From: an uncultured Gemmatimonadales bacterium
GTDB taxonomy: Bacteria; Gemmatimonadota; Gemmatimonadetes; Gemmatimonadales; GWC2-71-9
Reading direction: 5' to 3'
Assembly: GCA_963728915.1 (NCBI GenBank)
Contig: CAVSLV010000001.1
Coordinates: 192,001-256,000 of the forward strand
Length of the DNA stretch: 64,000 bases
The notes beneath the pieces were generated by a model, which searched no databases, had not been told where the DNA came from, and was given only the letters and a program-made list of their open reading frames with translations. This document shows positions 42,382-52,060 of the stretch, in pieces (positions within the stretch are counted from its first letter, which is position 1; each line of letters starts with the position of its first letter). The position numbers and the translations under genes are program-made.

Positions 42382-43698
42382 ATGTCTAACGCCGGAGCCG
42401 ATCCGGGTCGCACACCGGCTTCGATCCGGCCGGTCATTCTGGCGAGCTTTATCGGCACGACGATCGAGTGGTACGACTTCTTTCTGTACGGTACCGCCGC
42501 CGCGCTGGTATTCAACCGGCTCTTCTTCCCAACCCTCTCTCCGCTGGCGGGAACCCTGAGCGCGTACGGCACGTTCGCGGTGGGGTTCCTGGCCCGGCCC
42601 CTCGGGGGGGCCATCTTCGGGCACTACGGAGACCGGCTGGGCCGGAAGGGCATGCTGGTGTGGTCGCTGCTCATCATGGGCACCGCCACCGCCCTGATGG
42701 GGATTCTCCCGGGTTATGACCGCATCGGCATCTGGGCGCCCCTGCTCCTCGTGGCGCTCCGCTTCCTCCAGGGGATCGGGGTGGGCGGGGAGTGGGGCGG
42801 AGCGGTGCTGATGGCGGTGGAGCATTCCGGCGAAGCGAAACGCGGCCTCCACGGCAGCTGGCCCCAGATGGGAGTGCCGGCCGGGCTTCTGCTTTCGACC
42901 GGGATCTTCGCGCTGGTCTCGGGTTCGCTTTCCGAGGCGAGCTTTCTCGCCTGGGGATGGCGGCTGCCGTTTCTGCTCAGCGTCCTTCTCATCCTGGTCG
43001 GCCTCTTCGTCCGGCTTCGTCTGCTCGAGACGCCCCAGTTCGCCCGGGTGCGCGAGGAGCGGGACGTCGCGAGCGCCCCGCTCCTCGAAGTGATCCGGGA
43101 GCATCCGCGCGAGATCCTGGTCGGGATGGGGATGCGCTTCGGCCAGAACGTGCTCTTCTACATCTTCACGGTCTTCGTGCTGGGGTATGGCGAACGGACC
43201 CTCGGGTACAGTCGCGGGGCCATGCTGCGAGGGCTCGCGATCGCCGCGCTGGTGGGCCTGTTCTCGATCCCGATCTTCGGAAGCCTGTCCGACCGGCTGG
43301 GCCGGCGTCCGGTGTACCTGGCCGGCGCCATCCTGTCGCTGCTCTACGCCTTCCCGTTCTTCTGGCTGCTTGGCCTCGGAGCGGGGTGGGTGCCGCTGGC
43401 GATCGTGCTGGGACTCAACGTGGGGCAGGATCTCATGTACGGCCCGCAGGCGGCCTATTTCGCCGAGCTCTTCGCGACCCGGGTCCGCTACAGCGGGGCC
43501 TCGCTGGTCTATCAGCTCACTTCGGTCTTCTCGGGAGGGCTCGCGCCCATCATTGCGACCCTGCTGCTGGCCCGGCGCGGCGCCTGGGCGGTGGCGGCCT
43601 ACATGGCGGCCTCGGCCGCGCTGTCGGTGGTCGGCGCGATGTTCGCTCCGGAGACCCGCCCGGTGCCTAACACGCGTTCCCCGTACAGCCCGCGTTGA
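42382..43698 (+). CDS. MFS transporter, metabolite:H+ symporter (ShiA-like)
   Basis: GTTIEWYDF, FGHYGDRLGRK, GGEWGGA, SDRLGRR. Confidence 0.92.
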   Translation: MSNAGADPGRTPASIRPVILASFIGTTIEWYDFFLYGTAAALVFNRLFFPTLSPLAGTLSAYGTFAVGFLARPLGGAIFGHYGDRLGRKGMLVWSLLIMGTATALMGILPGYDRIGIWAPLLLVALRFLQGIGVGGEWGGAVLMAVEHSGEAKRGLHGSWPQMGVPAGLLLSTGIFALVSGSLSEASFLAWGWRLPFLLSVLLILVGLFVRLRLLETPQFARVREERDVASAPLLEVIREHPREILVGMGMRFGQNVLFYIFTVFVLGYGERTLGYSRGAMLRGLAIAALVGLFSIPIFGSLSDRLGRRPVYLAGAILSLLYAFPFFWLLGLGAGWVPLAIVLGLNVGQDLMYGPQAAYFAELFATRVRYSGASLVYQLTSVFSGGLAPIIATLLLARRGAWAVAAYMAASAALSVVGAMFAPETRPVPNTRSPYSPR

Positions 43699-44456
43699 AC
43701 GGTCCCGGTCAGCCGGACCGCCCGGCCGGCCGGATCGGTCGCGTTCAGGTCGAAGCGCCCGGCCAGGACGTAGCGGGCCGACTGCTGGAGCACGATGCTC
43801 CCGCCCAGGACCTGAAACTCCTGGTCCGCGGCGCCGGGCTCGGAATTGTAGGTGAATTCGACCGCCGGTCCGGTGGCTCCGTCGCTGCTGAGGGCATACG
43901 TTGCTGGCGCAGGCAGGTCTCGCCGGTTCCAGCGAACGACCAGGAGCGACCGATCCGGGACGTTGAGCAGCTGAACCAGCCGGAAATTCCCACCGCCGTA
44001 GTTGAAGACCGCGATTCCGGCGGCGCTGTCCTGCACGGCCCCATTCAGGGTCAGCGAGTAGTCTCCCAGCGGGATCGAGGCGACGCGAAGCAGCTCGACC
44101 TGCTGCGCGTTGCTGCGCTCGAAAAAGAAGGAACCGCGCAGGGTGTCGCCGGCCAGGGTTCCGTCGAGCCGCCAGTCCACCAGGCCGAACGGCGGGGTCG
44201 GGTGGATCACCAGGGAGAGATTGGCGCCGGCGCGGGTTCCGCTCACCGTCACCCGGGCCATGAGGGAGGGCGAGTAGCTGGACCACCCCCGCCCGGCGAG
44301 GAATCCGTCCCCATCCTCATAAAGCTGCACGGCCAGATAGCTGGTGCGGTCGCCCAGGGGCGCCGCGAAGCTGCCGAGCAAGGTGGTGGAGCTCGGACCG
44401 GTGGCGCTGCACCCGGCGGCGAAGATCGCCGCGGCCAGGGCTCTAGCGGGGTTCAT
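43599..44456 (-). CDS. Hypothetical lipoprotein (true end may be TAG at 43667 if one indel)
   Basis: FAAGC lipobox; beta-rich sequence. Confidence 0.6.
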   Translation of the reverse strand: MNPARALAAAIFAAGCSATGPSSTTLLGSFAAPLGDRTSYLAVQLYEDGDGFLAGRGWSSYSPSLMARVTVSGTRAGANLSLVIHPTPPFGLVDWRLDGTLAGDTLRGSFFFERSNAQQVELLRVASIPLGDYSLTLNGAVQDSAAGIAVFNYGGGNFRLVQLLNVPDRSLLVVRWNRRDLPAPATYALSSDGATGPAVEFTYNSEPGAADQEFQVLGGSIVLQQSARYVLAGRFDLNATDPAGRAVRLTGTVQRGLYGERVLGTGRVSGANIAPTTDSAAEAAM

Positions 44457-44967
44457 AGCGCGCCCGCACCCGTTGTTCGCTCACCAGCGCGCAGGTGATC
44501 GCGTCGCAGGTGTACTGGCGGACGGTGATGGCGCGCTCCAGTCCGGTCCGGCTTTCGAAGGGAGTGAAGTACGCCAGGTCATGTCCGCCCGGCAGCACGC
44601 CCGAGCGCACCGTGAGCTTGATTTCGTCCCCCCGGTCCAGGATGAGGCCGCCGAAAGAGAACTCCTCGGAGCTCTGCACAATGGAGGGAATCGGGGGCCG
44701 GGCGAGCACGATTTCGCGGCGGAAGTGCCGGGCGAAGGTGGTTTCGTCCACGATCCGCACGCTGTCGAACGCGAAGCTCAGGGTGACGGTGGCGGTGTCG
44801 CCAAAGACCGCGCGTTCGTACACGTAGGGCGAGGCATCGGCCCCGATCCCGGCGAGCACGTACAGCCCCGGCAGAATGGGCGGTCCGGCCGGCTCGGTGG
44901 GAGTTCTCCCGCAGGCCCCCGCGAGGAGCAGGACCCCGGTCCATCCGGCGGCGCGAGGCCGACTCAG
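44443..44967 (-). CDS. Hypothetical lipoprotein; start codon unclear
   Basis: LLLAGAC lipobox followed by a beta-rich domain; coupled to both neighbours. Confidence 0.5.
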   Translation of the reverse strand: MSRPRAAGWTGVLLLAGACGRTPTEPAGPPILPGLYVLAGIGADASPYVYERAVFGDTATVTLSFAFDSVRIVDETTFARHFRREIVLARPPIPSIVQSSEEFSFGGLILDRGDEIKLTVRSGVLPGGHDLAYFTPFESRTGLERAITVRQYTCDAITCALVSEQRVRARYEPR

Positions 44968-45335
44968 TACGTGTTGAGCGATTGGATCAGCGCGTACGCC
45001 ACGACGCCGGCTCCGATGCCGAGCACGGCGAGAAAGGTCTTGCCGATACTGGTGTGGCGGGTTTCGATCGACTGCACCGAGCTCAGCGGAATCGTGAACC
45101 GCGCAATGGCCCGTTCGGTCGGGTGCCCCCGGATGCTGTCGCCCACCAGTGCGGGATCCCAGATCTCGAGGCGGGTGTTGTCCGGCTTCACGATCCGGAC
45201 CGCCCTGATTTCCTTGTCGCTCAGGAGCGCGCGGGGTGAGACCTGCTCGGTCCGCCACGCGACGCAGCCGGTCGCGCCGATCATGGCGCCGGCCATCAGC
45301 ATCGCGGTGGTGATCGAAGCCTTCAGGTGTTTCAT
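44964..45335 (-). CDS. Hypothetical small lipoprotein with C-terminal TM
   Basis: ATGC lipobox; GDSIRG...IPLSSVQSIE; hydrophobic tail. Confidence 0.65.
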   Translation of the reverse strand: MKHLKASITTAMLMAGAMIGATGCVAWRTEQVSPRALLSDKEIRAVRIVKPDNTRLEIWDPALVGDSIRGHPTERAIARFTIPLSSVQSIETRHTSIGKTFLAVLGIGAGVVAYALIQSLNTY

Positions 45336-45451
45336 TCGGCGCTCCTTCATCGTCCAGCCGGAGGCGAGTGCCAGCAGCGGTCTTGCTGAAGGCTATCACC
45401 GTTTCGGTCACAACGACAACCGGCGTTATACTTGCTCCGGGCTCCTCATTC

Positions 45452-47011
45452 ATGATCGGACCGTTCGACGCGATCGTCATCGGCAGCGGGTTCGGTGGAG
45501 CATTCGCCGCCCATACGCTGGTGCAGGCCGGCTGCTCGGTCCTCCTCCTCGAGCGGGGGGGCTGGGTGCCCCGCGGGCCAGAGGCCTCCCGGATCGACAA
45601 CTTCGTCATCCTTTCCCCCTATTACGACCGGAACGCGGGTTATCAGGCCGGCAACGGCGCCCGGCGATCGCGCCGGCTCGGCGCGCTGTTCTGCGTGGGC
45701 GGAGCATCGGTGTTCTACGGGGGGGTCTCGTTCCGGTTCCGGGAATCCGATTTCCGGCCGAGTCCCGAGCTGGTGGGAGATTCCGGCGCCGAATGGCCGT
45801 TTCGCTACGAAGATCTCGAGCCGTTCTATGGGGAAGCCGAGCGGTTACTCGGGGTGACCGGTGGGGCGGAGGAAGATCCGACCGGGCCACGCAGAAGCTC
45901 CGCCTATCCCGCTCCCCCCAACCGGCTCTCCCCCCTCTCGGTCCATCTTGCCGGGTCGGCACGGGCCCTCGGGCTTCGCCCGTTTCCGCTTCCGATGGCC
46001 ATCAATTTTGGCGAGCAGTCCGGACAGGCCGCCTGCATCCGGTGCGGGGCCTGTGACGGGTGGCCCTGCCCGGTGTCCGCCAAGAACGACGTGGCCACGC
46101 GGCTCCTCCAGCCGCTGCTCGCGCGCGGTCTCACCCTTCGACCCCGGACCGCAGCGGTGCGCCTGGTGGCCCGGGGTGGCCGGATCCGCGCGGTGGAGTG
46201 CGTCGATCTCGATTCGGGCGCGCGCTTCACGGTGGAGGGCGGTGAGGTCATCGTCGGCGCCGGCGCCCTGGCGACGCCGCAGCTGCTGCTCGCTTCCGGC
46301 CTCGCCGCTCATAACCCGGGCGGTCACACCGTCGGCCGCTACCTGACCCGGCATGCCAATGCCATCGTCTTCGGGCGGCTCCGGCAGGCGTTTCCCCGGG
46401 ATGGCCTGGGCAAGGATCTCGCGATTCTCGACTTCTACGAGGGAGATGCCCACGCCGATGCTCCGGCCGGTCCGCTGGGCTCGCTCCAGTCGATGCCGCC
46501 GCCGTCGGTCGGCGTCATCGCCACCCAGATTCCGGCTCCGCTTCCCCGGATTGCCGACTTCCTGCTGCGGCGGGCGGCGGGGCTGCTCGCCATCGCCCAC
46601 GAACAGCCCAACGCACAAAACGGAGTCGTGCTCGAGCCGGCGCGGCCTGACCCGGTGGGCCTGCCGGGCTTGACGGTCACCCACCGGTATTCGGCCCGCG
46701 ATCGGTCCGCCCTTCGGTCTCTGTGCCGGCGGGCCAGAGAGATTCTCCGCGGGGCGGGCGCCACCTTCTTCTACCGGCATGAGATTCACACCTTCTCGCA
46801 CGCCATGGGGACGGTTCGCATGGGGGTCGATCCTCAGAGCTCCGCGCTGGATGCCGCGGGGACATTCCGCGGCATCGAGAACCTGCGGGTGGTGGACGCG
46901 AGCGCGCTCCCCACTCCGGGCGGGGTGAATCCCAGTCTCACCATCGCCGCCAATGCCCTGCGGGTGGCGGCCCTCCTCGCGGGAACCAGGAGGGGGACCG
47001 CCGCCGCTTGA
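45452..47011 (+). CDS. GMC family oxidoreductase
   Basis: GSGFGG, CIRCGACDGWPC, HAMGTVRMG, NPSLTIAANA. Confidence 0.9.
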   Translation: MIGPFDAIVIGSGFGGAFAAHTLVQAGCSVLLLERGGWVPRGPEASRIDNFVILSPYYDRNAGYQAGNGARRSRRLGALFCVGGASVFYGGVSFRFRESDFRPSPELVGDSGAEWPFRYEDLEPFYGEAERLLGVTGGAEEDPTGPRRSSAYPAPPNRLSPLSVHLAGSARALGLRPFPLPMAINFGEQSGQAACIRCGACDGWPCPVSAKNDVATRLLQPLLARGLTLRPRTAAVRLVARGGRIRAVECVDLDSGARFTVEGGEVIVGAGALATPQLLLASGLAAHNPGGHTVGRYLTRHANAIVFGRLRQAFPRDGLGKDLAILDFYEGDAHADAPAGPLGSLQSMPPPSVGVIATQIPAPLPRIADFLLRRAAGLLAIAHEQPNAQNGVVLEPARPDPVGLPGLTVTHRYSARDRSALRSLCRRAREILRGAGATFFYRHEIHTFSHAMGTVRMGVDPQSSALDAAGTFRGIENLRVVDASALPTPGGVNPSLTIAANALRVAALLAGTRRGTAAA

Positions 47012-47961
47012 GTCTCACCATCGCGATTCTCGGCTGTGGACGGATCGCGCATACCCATGCCGGGACGATCGCCCGGGCGGATCGGGAGGTGGGCCTCGCC
47101 TTTGCGAGCCGGGACGCCGCCCGCGCGGAGGCGTATCGCAAACGGCACAGGGGGCTGGCCGCGTTCGGGAGCTATGGCGAGGCCATCGGCGATCCCCGGG
47201 TGAGCGCGGTGCTGGTCGCCACCCCGCCGGCGCAGCATCTTGACCTGGTCCTGGCGACGCTGCGGGCCGGCAAGCATGCGATCGTCGAGAAGCCCGCCTT
47301 CCTCCGGTCCTCCGATGCCGACCAGGTTGCGGCGGCGGCCCGGGCCGCGGACCGGCAGGTCCTGGTCACCGAGAATTACCGGTACAAACCCCTAACCCGG
47401 CGCCTCGAGGACCTGCTGGATCGGGACGAGATCGGCGCGGTCCGGCTGATTCGCCTGAGCGCGCTCAAATGGCAACCGGTGAGCGGCTGGCGGGGCTCGG
47501 CCGAGCAGGCGGGTGGAGGCGCCCTGTTCGAAGGAGGGGTGCATTGGGTGAACCTGCTGGCTACCTTGGGCGGGGAAATTACGACGGTGCAGGGCTATCG
47601 GCCTCCCGGCGCCGAGCCCGAGCGGACCATGGTGGTGGCGGTTCGGTTCGCATCCGGGGCGGTCGGCACGCTGCACCACTCCTGGGAAGTCCCGGCGCGA
47701 TTCAAGGGCCTTTCCCTCTCCCAGATCATCGGAGCCTCGGGAACGATCGTGTTCGAATCCAACGGGCTGTTCATCGGAGTGCAGGGACGCCGACGGCGCT
47801 TGCTGCTGCCGGGCTTCCGCGATGTCAAAGGGTTTCTGGCGATGTGGCGGGATTTCCTTGCCGCCCTCTCCTCCGGACAATCGCCCCGCATGACGCTGGC
47901 TGCGGCGCGCCGGGACCTGGCGGTGGTGGAAGCCGCCTATCGGACGGCCACGGCGAGCTGA
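47008..47961 (+). CDS. Gfo/Idh/MocA family oxidoreductase
   Basis: GCGRIA, VEKP, GGGALFEGGVH. Confidence 0.9.
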   Translation: MSLTIAILGCGRIAHTHAGTIARADREVGLAFASRDAARAEAYRKRHRGLAAFGSYGEAIGDPRVSAVLVATPPAQHLDLVLATLRAGKHAIVEKPAFLRSSDADQVAAAARAADRQVLVTENYRYKPLTRRLEDLLDRDEIGAVRLIRLSALKWQPVSGWRGSAEQAGGGALFEGGVHWVNLLATLGGEITTVQGYRPPGAEPERTMVVAVRFASGAVGTLHHSWEVPARFKGLSLSQIIGASGTIVFESNGLFIGVQGRRRRLLLPGFRDVKGFLAMWRDFLAALSSGQSPRMTLAAARRDLAVVEAAYRTATAS

Positions 47962-47962
47962 C

Positions 47963-48769
47963 ATGCCCATACTCACCGTGGTGCTGATCGGGGCCCTCGT
48001 GGGCGCGCATGCCTCGACCTGGGGGATGTACAAGGACGCCCCCCACGAGGGATTCTCGCTGCTCAAATACCTCCGGAGCACGATCCTGGCGGCCGCGATC
48101 GCACCGTTCGTCGCGACGATGCTCGACCTCGTCCCGTCCCGGCTGCCCGGGGCCATGATCCTGTTCGGCTGCGTCTACGCCGGCGAGCGGGCCGTGCTGG
48201 AAACCTGGAAGACCTTCTTCCGCGAGGAAGACCAGTCCAAGTACGCGATCCCGATGCAGCTCGCGGTGTTCGGGCGAACGGTGAAGCGCCGCCCGGTCCG
48301 CCTGCTGTTCGGCGTGCTGTACCTGGGCGCGATCATCGTGGGGGTCCTGCTGATCTCGCGACTCCGGGTGCCGCCCGCCACGCCGTCCTGGCTTCTGGCG
48401 ATCACGATCGGCGCCATGGGTGGATGGTTCAGCGCCTTCGGCGGCGCCTGGAAAGATGCCCCGATCGAGGGATTCCAGATTTTCAAGTTTTTCCGGAGCC
48501 CGCTGATCGCCGCCACCTGGGCCTGGGTGTTGTACCTGCTGGGCGCGACCCCCGCCCAGGGCATGCTGGGGGCGATCGGCTATACGGTTGCGACGACGGA
48601 AACCTGGAAAACGTTCTTCTATCCGAGCGTCCCTCGGGGCAAGTTCGCAGGGAAGCCGGTGCTGTTCCCGGAAATGCTGCGCACCCGCCAGTATTTCATC
48701 CCGCTGTACGCCGGCATCTGGGCCCTGCTCCTTCTCGGGTTCGCACTGGCCTTTTTCCGGCGGGCCTGA
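47963..48769 (+). CDS. Integral membrane protein with internal duplication
   Basis: Two copies each of G-x-[YW]KDAP-x-EGF and ETWKTFF. Confidence 0.75.
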   Translation: MPILTVVLIGALVGAHASTWGMYKDAPHEGFSLLKYLRSTILAAAIAPFVATMLDLVPSRLPGAMILFGCVYAGERAVLETWKTFFREEDQSKYAIPMQLAVFGRTVKRRPVRLLFGVLYLGAIIVGVLLISRLRVPPATPSWLLAITIGAMGGWFSAFGGAWKDAPIEGFQIFKFFRSPLIAATWAWVLYLLGATPAQGMLGAIGYTVATTETWKTFFYPSVPRGKFAGKPVLFPEMLRTRQYFIPLYAGIWALLLLGFALAFFRRA

Positions 48770-48770
48770 G

Positions 48771-50028
48771 CTACATCGCGATGACCGCCCGAGGGTCGGG
48801 GTCGGTCAGCTGGGAACGCAGCCGAAGGATTGCCGCCAGCGAAATGATCGCGAACCCCACTGCGATCCCGAGCCACCAGGGGTGACCTTCGCCGGTGGCG
48901 AGGAGCGCGAGCGCCGCGCCTCCCAATACCAGCAGTCGCATCACCTCGCTCACCCCGGCCCAGCTCCGGGCCTCCATCAGCCCGCCAATGTTGGCCAATG
49001 ACAGGGTGATGTAGAAAAGGCCCGCAAGCACTTCGAGGGCCGGCAGCGTCCCGGCCACGCGAAGGAATGCCACCGACGCGACCAGCACCACGAGAAACTG
49101 AATCAGCGCGTAGGCCTTGAGCGGCGGCGATACCGGCGGCTCGTACTTGTGCCGATCGGCCGGAGCGATCGGCGCGGGGACGATGATCCCTCCCATCGAG
49201 GGTGGCCGCCAGCCGGGGTGGGCGAACACGGCTCGCCAGCGATCCCGCCAGCTCGTGGCGGCGACCCAGTGCCTCCCAATGTCCTGAAACACGTGGAGGT
49301 TGGCCCGGACCGGGTTCCAGCTCGCGAGCGGCTTGGTGATCCCATACACCGGCTCGGCGCGTTCGGGCTCGAAGGTCCCGAACAGGCGATCCCAGATGAT
49401 GAAGGTCCCCGCGAAGTTCCGGTCCTGGTACTCGGGGTTGACCCCATGATGGACCCGGTGGTGGGACGGGGTATTGAACACCCACTCGAGCGGACCCAGC
49501 CGGTCGATCGCCCGGGTATGGATCCAGAACTGATAGATCAGGTTGACCGCGTGACAGACCAGCCACATGGTGACCGGCACCCCCAGCATCGCGATCGGGA
49601 GATAGAACACCCAGGTGAAGAGGCCATGGAGACTGCTCTGCCGCAGCGCGACGGTGAGGTTGAACTCTTCACTGGAGTGGTGCACCACGTGGCCGGCCCA
49701 GAGGAGCGCCACCACGTGCGACGAACGATGCATCCAGTAGTAGGCCAGGTCGTCCAGCACGAACACCCCGAGCCACGCCAGCGGCGTGCGATGACCAGGC
49801 AGGGAACCCGAGCAGCCGCTGGATGGCGAGGTGCTGGCCGACCCAGTGGTACGCGGCGACGGTGAGCAGGACGAGAAAGATGCCGGCGAGCTGACTCAGG
49901 ATCCCGCAGGAGAGATCGCTGATCGAGTCATTGAGCCGGTAGAGCGAGCGGCCCCGGGCCCGCGCTACCAGGAGCTCGATGCCGATCAGGGCAAAGAAGA
50001 GCGGGATCGATGCGGCGATGAGGTCCAT
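48771..50028 (-). CDS. Sterol desaturase / alkylglycerol monooxygenase-like protein (frameshift near 49780)
   Basis: YRLNDSI, HRSSH, HVVHH, QFWIHT, PSHHRVHH His boxes. Confidence 0.87.
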
Positions 50029-50029
50029 A

Positions 50030-50698
50030 TCATGAAAAGGCGTCCGTCGCCAGGAGATACTGGCCACCCGCCTCCTGCGCCCGGAGCACCGCGAAAACCC
50101 CCGAAGGCTGGAGCTTGATGCCGGGCACGAGGTGGCTCACCGCCATCTCCCGAGCCTTGGCATCGTCGAGGTTGGTCTCGGCCTTGACCTTGGGGACGAC
50201 GTCGAGCGAAAACGCGAGGTTGCAGGCCAGCACGGTGCAGGTGGCGAGCACCTTCCGCAGGGAATCGTCTGCCATCTCGGCGGGCAGGCCGAGCAGATTG
50301 GCGCCCAGGAAGGGATTCCGGGTGATCGGCGCGCCGGTCGCGGGGTCGTTGATCTTGGTCAGCTCACCGACCCGGTGGTGGGCCCAGAACTCGTCGTTCA
50401 TGATCGCCCAGATCGCGTTGTGGCGCAGCACCACCACGCCGCTCATGTCGGCCGGCTTGGCGCCGTAGACCTCGGCGTAGTCCTTCTGCCAGACCAGGGC
50501 CCGAAGCAAACCCAGGCCCATCGAGTTCTCGGGGCAATCGAACACCGCCTTGTGCTTCCCGGTGAGATGATCGGCCCAGGAGACATCGAACTCCGAGGAA
50601 ATGGGCGACGGACCGGACGGAAGCGAACCGGGACGGATCAGCATCGGGGCGGCGCCGAGCGCCATCAGGGCGCCCAGAAAATCACGGCGATCGTTCAT
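50030..50698 (-). CDS. Tat-exported hypothetical protein (DsrE-like fold possible)
   Basis: DRRDFL signal; VVVLRH, VLACN, AVLRAQEAG. Confidence 0.65.
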   Translation of the reverse strand: MNDRRDFLGALMALGAAPMLIRPGSLPSGPSPISSEFDVSWADHLTGKHKAVFDCPENSMGLGLLRALVWQKDYAEVYGAKPADMSGVVVLRHNAIWAIMNDEFWAHHRVGELTKINDPATGAPITRNPFLGANLLGLPAEMADDSLRKVLATCTVLACNLAFSLDVVPKVKAETNLDDAKAREMAVSHLVPGIKLQPSGVFAVLRAQEAGGQYLLATDAFS

Positions 50699-50784
50699 GG
50701 TCGTGCTCCAGGCATGGGAGGTGGACCGCGGTCCCGGTGCAAGGTATGGAAAAGCCGATCGAAAGGGAATCGAGAACGAAGCGA

Positions 50785-51591
50785 CTACTGGAAGAACGAT
50801 CGGAAGGTCAGAGGATCCAGGTCGGAGATGTCCACCCAGAGCAGCCAGTTGGTGGTCTTGAAGTCGTGGTCGATGGCCGGAGGCCCGAGGACCTTAGCCC
50901 CGATGGTGAGATAGGCCTGGAAGAGATCGGGCAGATGGTGTTCGCGCGGGGGAGCTCCGCGGGGGATCTGACAGGCGGTGTGGGGGAGCGGATCGACCCT
51001 GAGGGTCGGGTGGCAGGCCCCCGCGCGCTCCAGCCCGCGATGGATCGCCAGGGCGACCGACTCGTCGCGCGAGGGCAGCGCGCAGGTCCCGAACACGATG
51101 GTCTTGCGATTCCGGGAGAGATAGCCCGCCATCCCGCGCCAGAGCAGGTGGAGGAGCCGCTGATTGCGATGGCCCTTGGCGATGCACAGCTTGCCGACCT
51201 CGACCGCCGTCGGCCACAGCCGGTCGGGCAGGGCATCGAGGTCGAACAGGCGGGCGGAGGAGAACCCGGTCTCGGCGGCCATCTCGGCGGTCTGCATTCG
51301 GTAGGTGCCGACGACCTGGCCGGTGTCCCGCTCTTCGATCAGGAGATGATGGAACCCTTCATCGAACTCATCTTCATCCCGCCCGGTCGCGTGCGCTTCA
51401 TCGTTCCCGATTTCGTGCTCGAGGTGGTAGACCTCGTAGCGCAACCGGAGGATCCGGTCCAGGTCGGATTCGGTTCGGGCAAATCGCAGGAGGTAGGGTC
51501 CGGCCGACACGCTGGAAGCGGGGATCGACCATCCGGCCCTGGGGAAAGCCACTGCAAGGGAGCGCACCGTCGTTGTCACGAGTCCGATCAA
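50785..51591 (-). CDS. GNAT-family N-acyltransferase (OlsB/hemolysin-like); start uncertain
   Basis: RLRYEVY, DEDEFD, VGTYRM, YLTIGAKVLGPPAIDHDF. Confidence 0.82.
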   Translation of the reverse strand: MIGLVTTTVRSLAVAFPRAGWSIPASSVSAGPYLLRFARTESDLDRILRLRYEVYHLEHEIGNDEAHATGRDEDEFDEGFHHLLIEERDTGQVVGTYRMQTAEMAAETGFSSARLFDLDALPDRLWPTAVEVGKLCIAKGHRNQRLLHLLWRGMAGYLSRNRKTIVFGTCALPSRDESVALAIHRGLERAGACHPTLRVDPLPHTACQIPRGAPPREHHLPDLFQAYLTIGAKVLGPPAIDHDFKTTNWLLWVDISDLDPLTFRSFFQ

Positions 51592-51741
51592 CGTGTTAAG
51601 TGTTTGGACAAGGCGGAGGTGGACCTCCGGGCCCAGCCCGGAGAACCTACCCCGGATTCCGATTTCCGGAAGATCCCCATCGATGTGGGGGCTCTGCCTG
51701 GAAGAGGCCGAGTTGCGACCTACCTGACACGCGTGAGAGGC

Positions 51742-51903
51742 GGGATTCCGTTTAGCAATCGATGTGCCAGCCGGGGGGAAGGGTCAGGCGGACGCTCCCA
51801 GAAGCGAAACGGCGTGGACGCGACTCGTCTGCGCCCACACCGGTCCGCTCGAGACGGCAATGAAGAGTGCCGTCAGGGCCGCGATTCGACGATCCGGCTT
51901 CAT
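51742..51903 (-). pseudogene. Decayed fragment resembling a DsbD N-terminal domain
   Basis: Signal peptide MKPDRRIAALTALFIAVSSGPVWA, then out-of-frame VRLTLPPGWHI-stop-RNP. Confidence 0.4.
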
Positions 51904-52060
51904 GGCGAGACCCTCCTGAGGCCATGGGGAACCGGCCTCATGAGGTGAGACGGTCTCCGGGACCGTCGGCGCACAGGTCGATTTCGGCTGCCTTCTGGGT
52001 AGTTTTCGCGAGTTCCTCGACCATGCACATCCGCGTTCTTTCGCTCTCAGGAGTCCCGAC

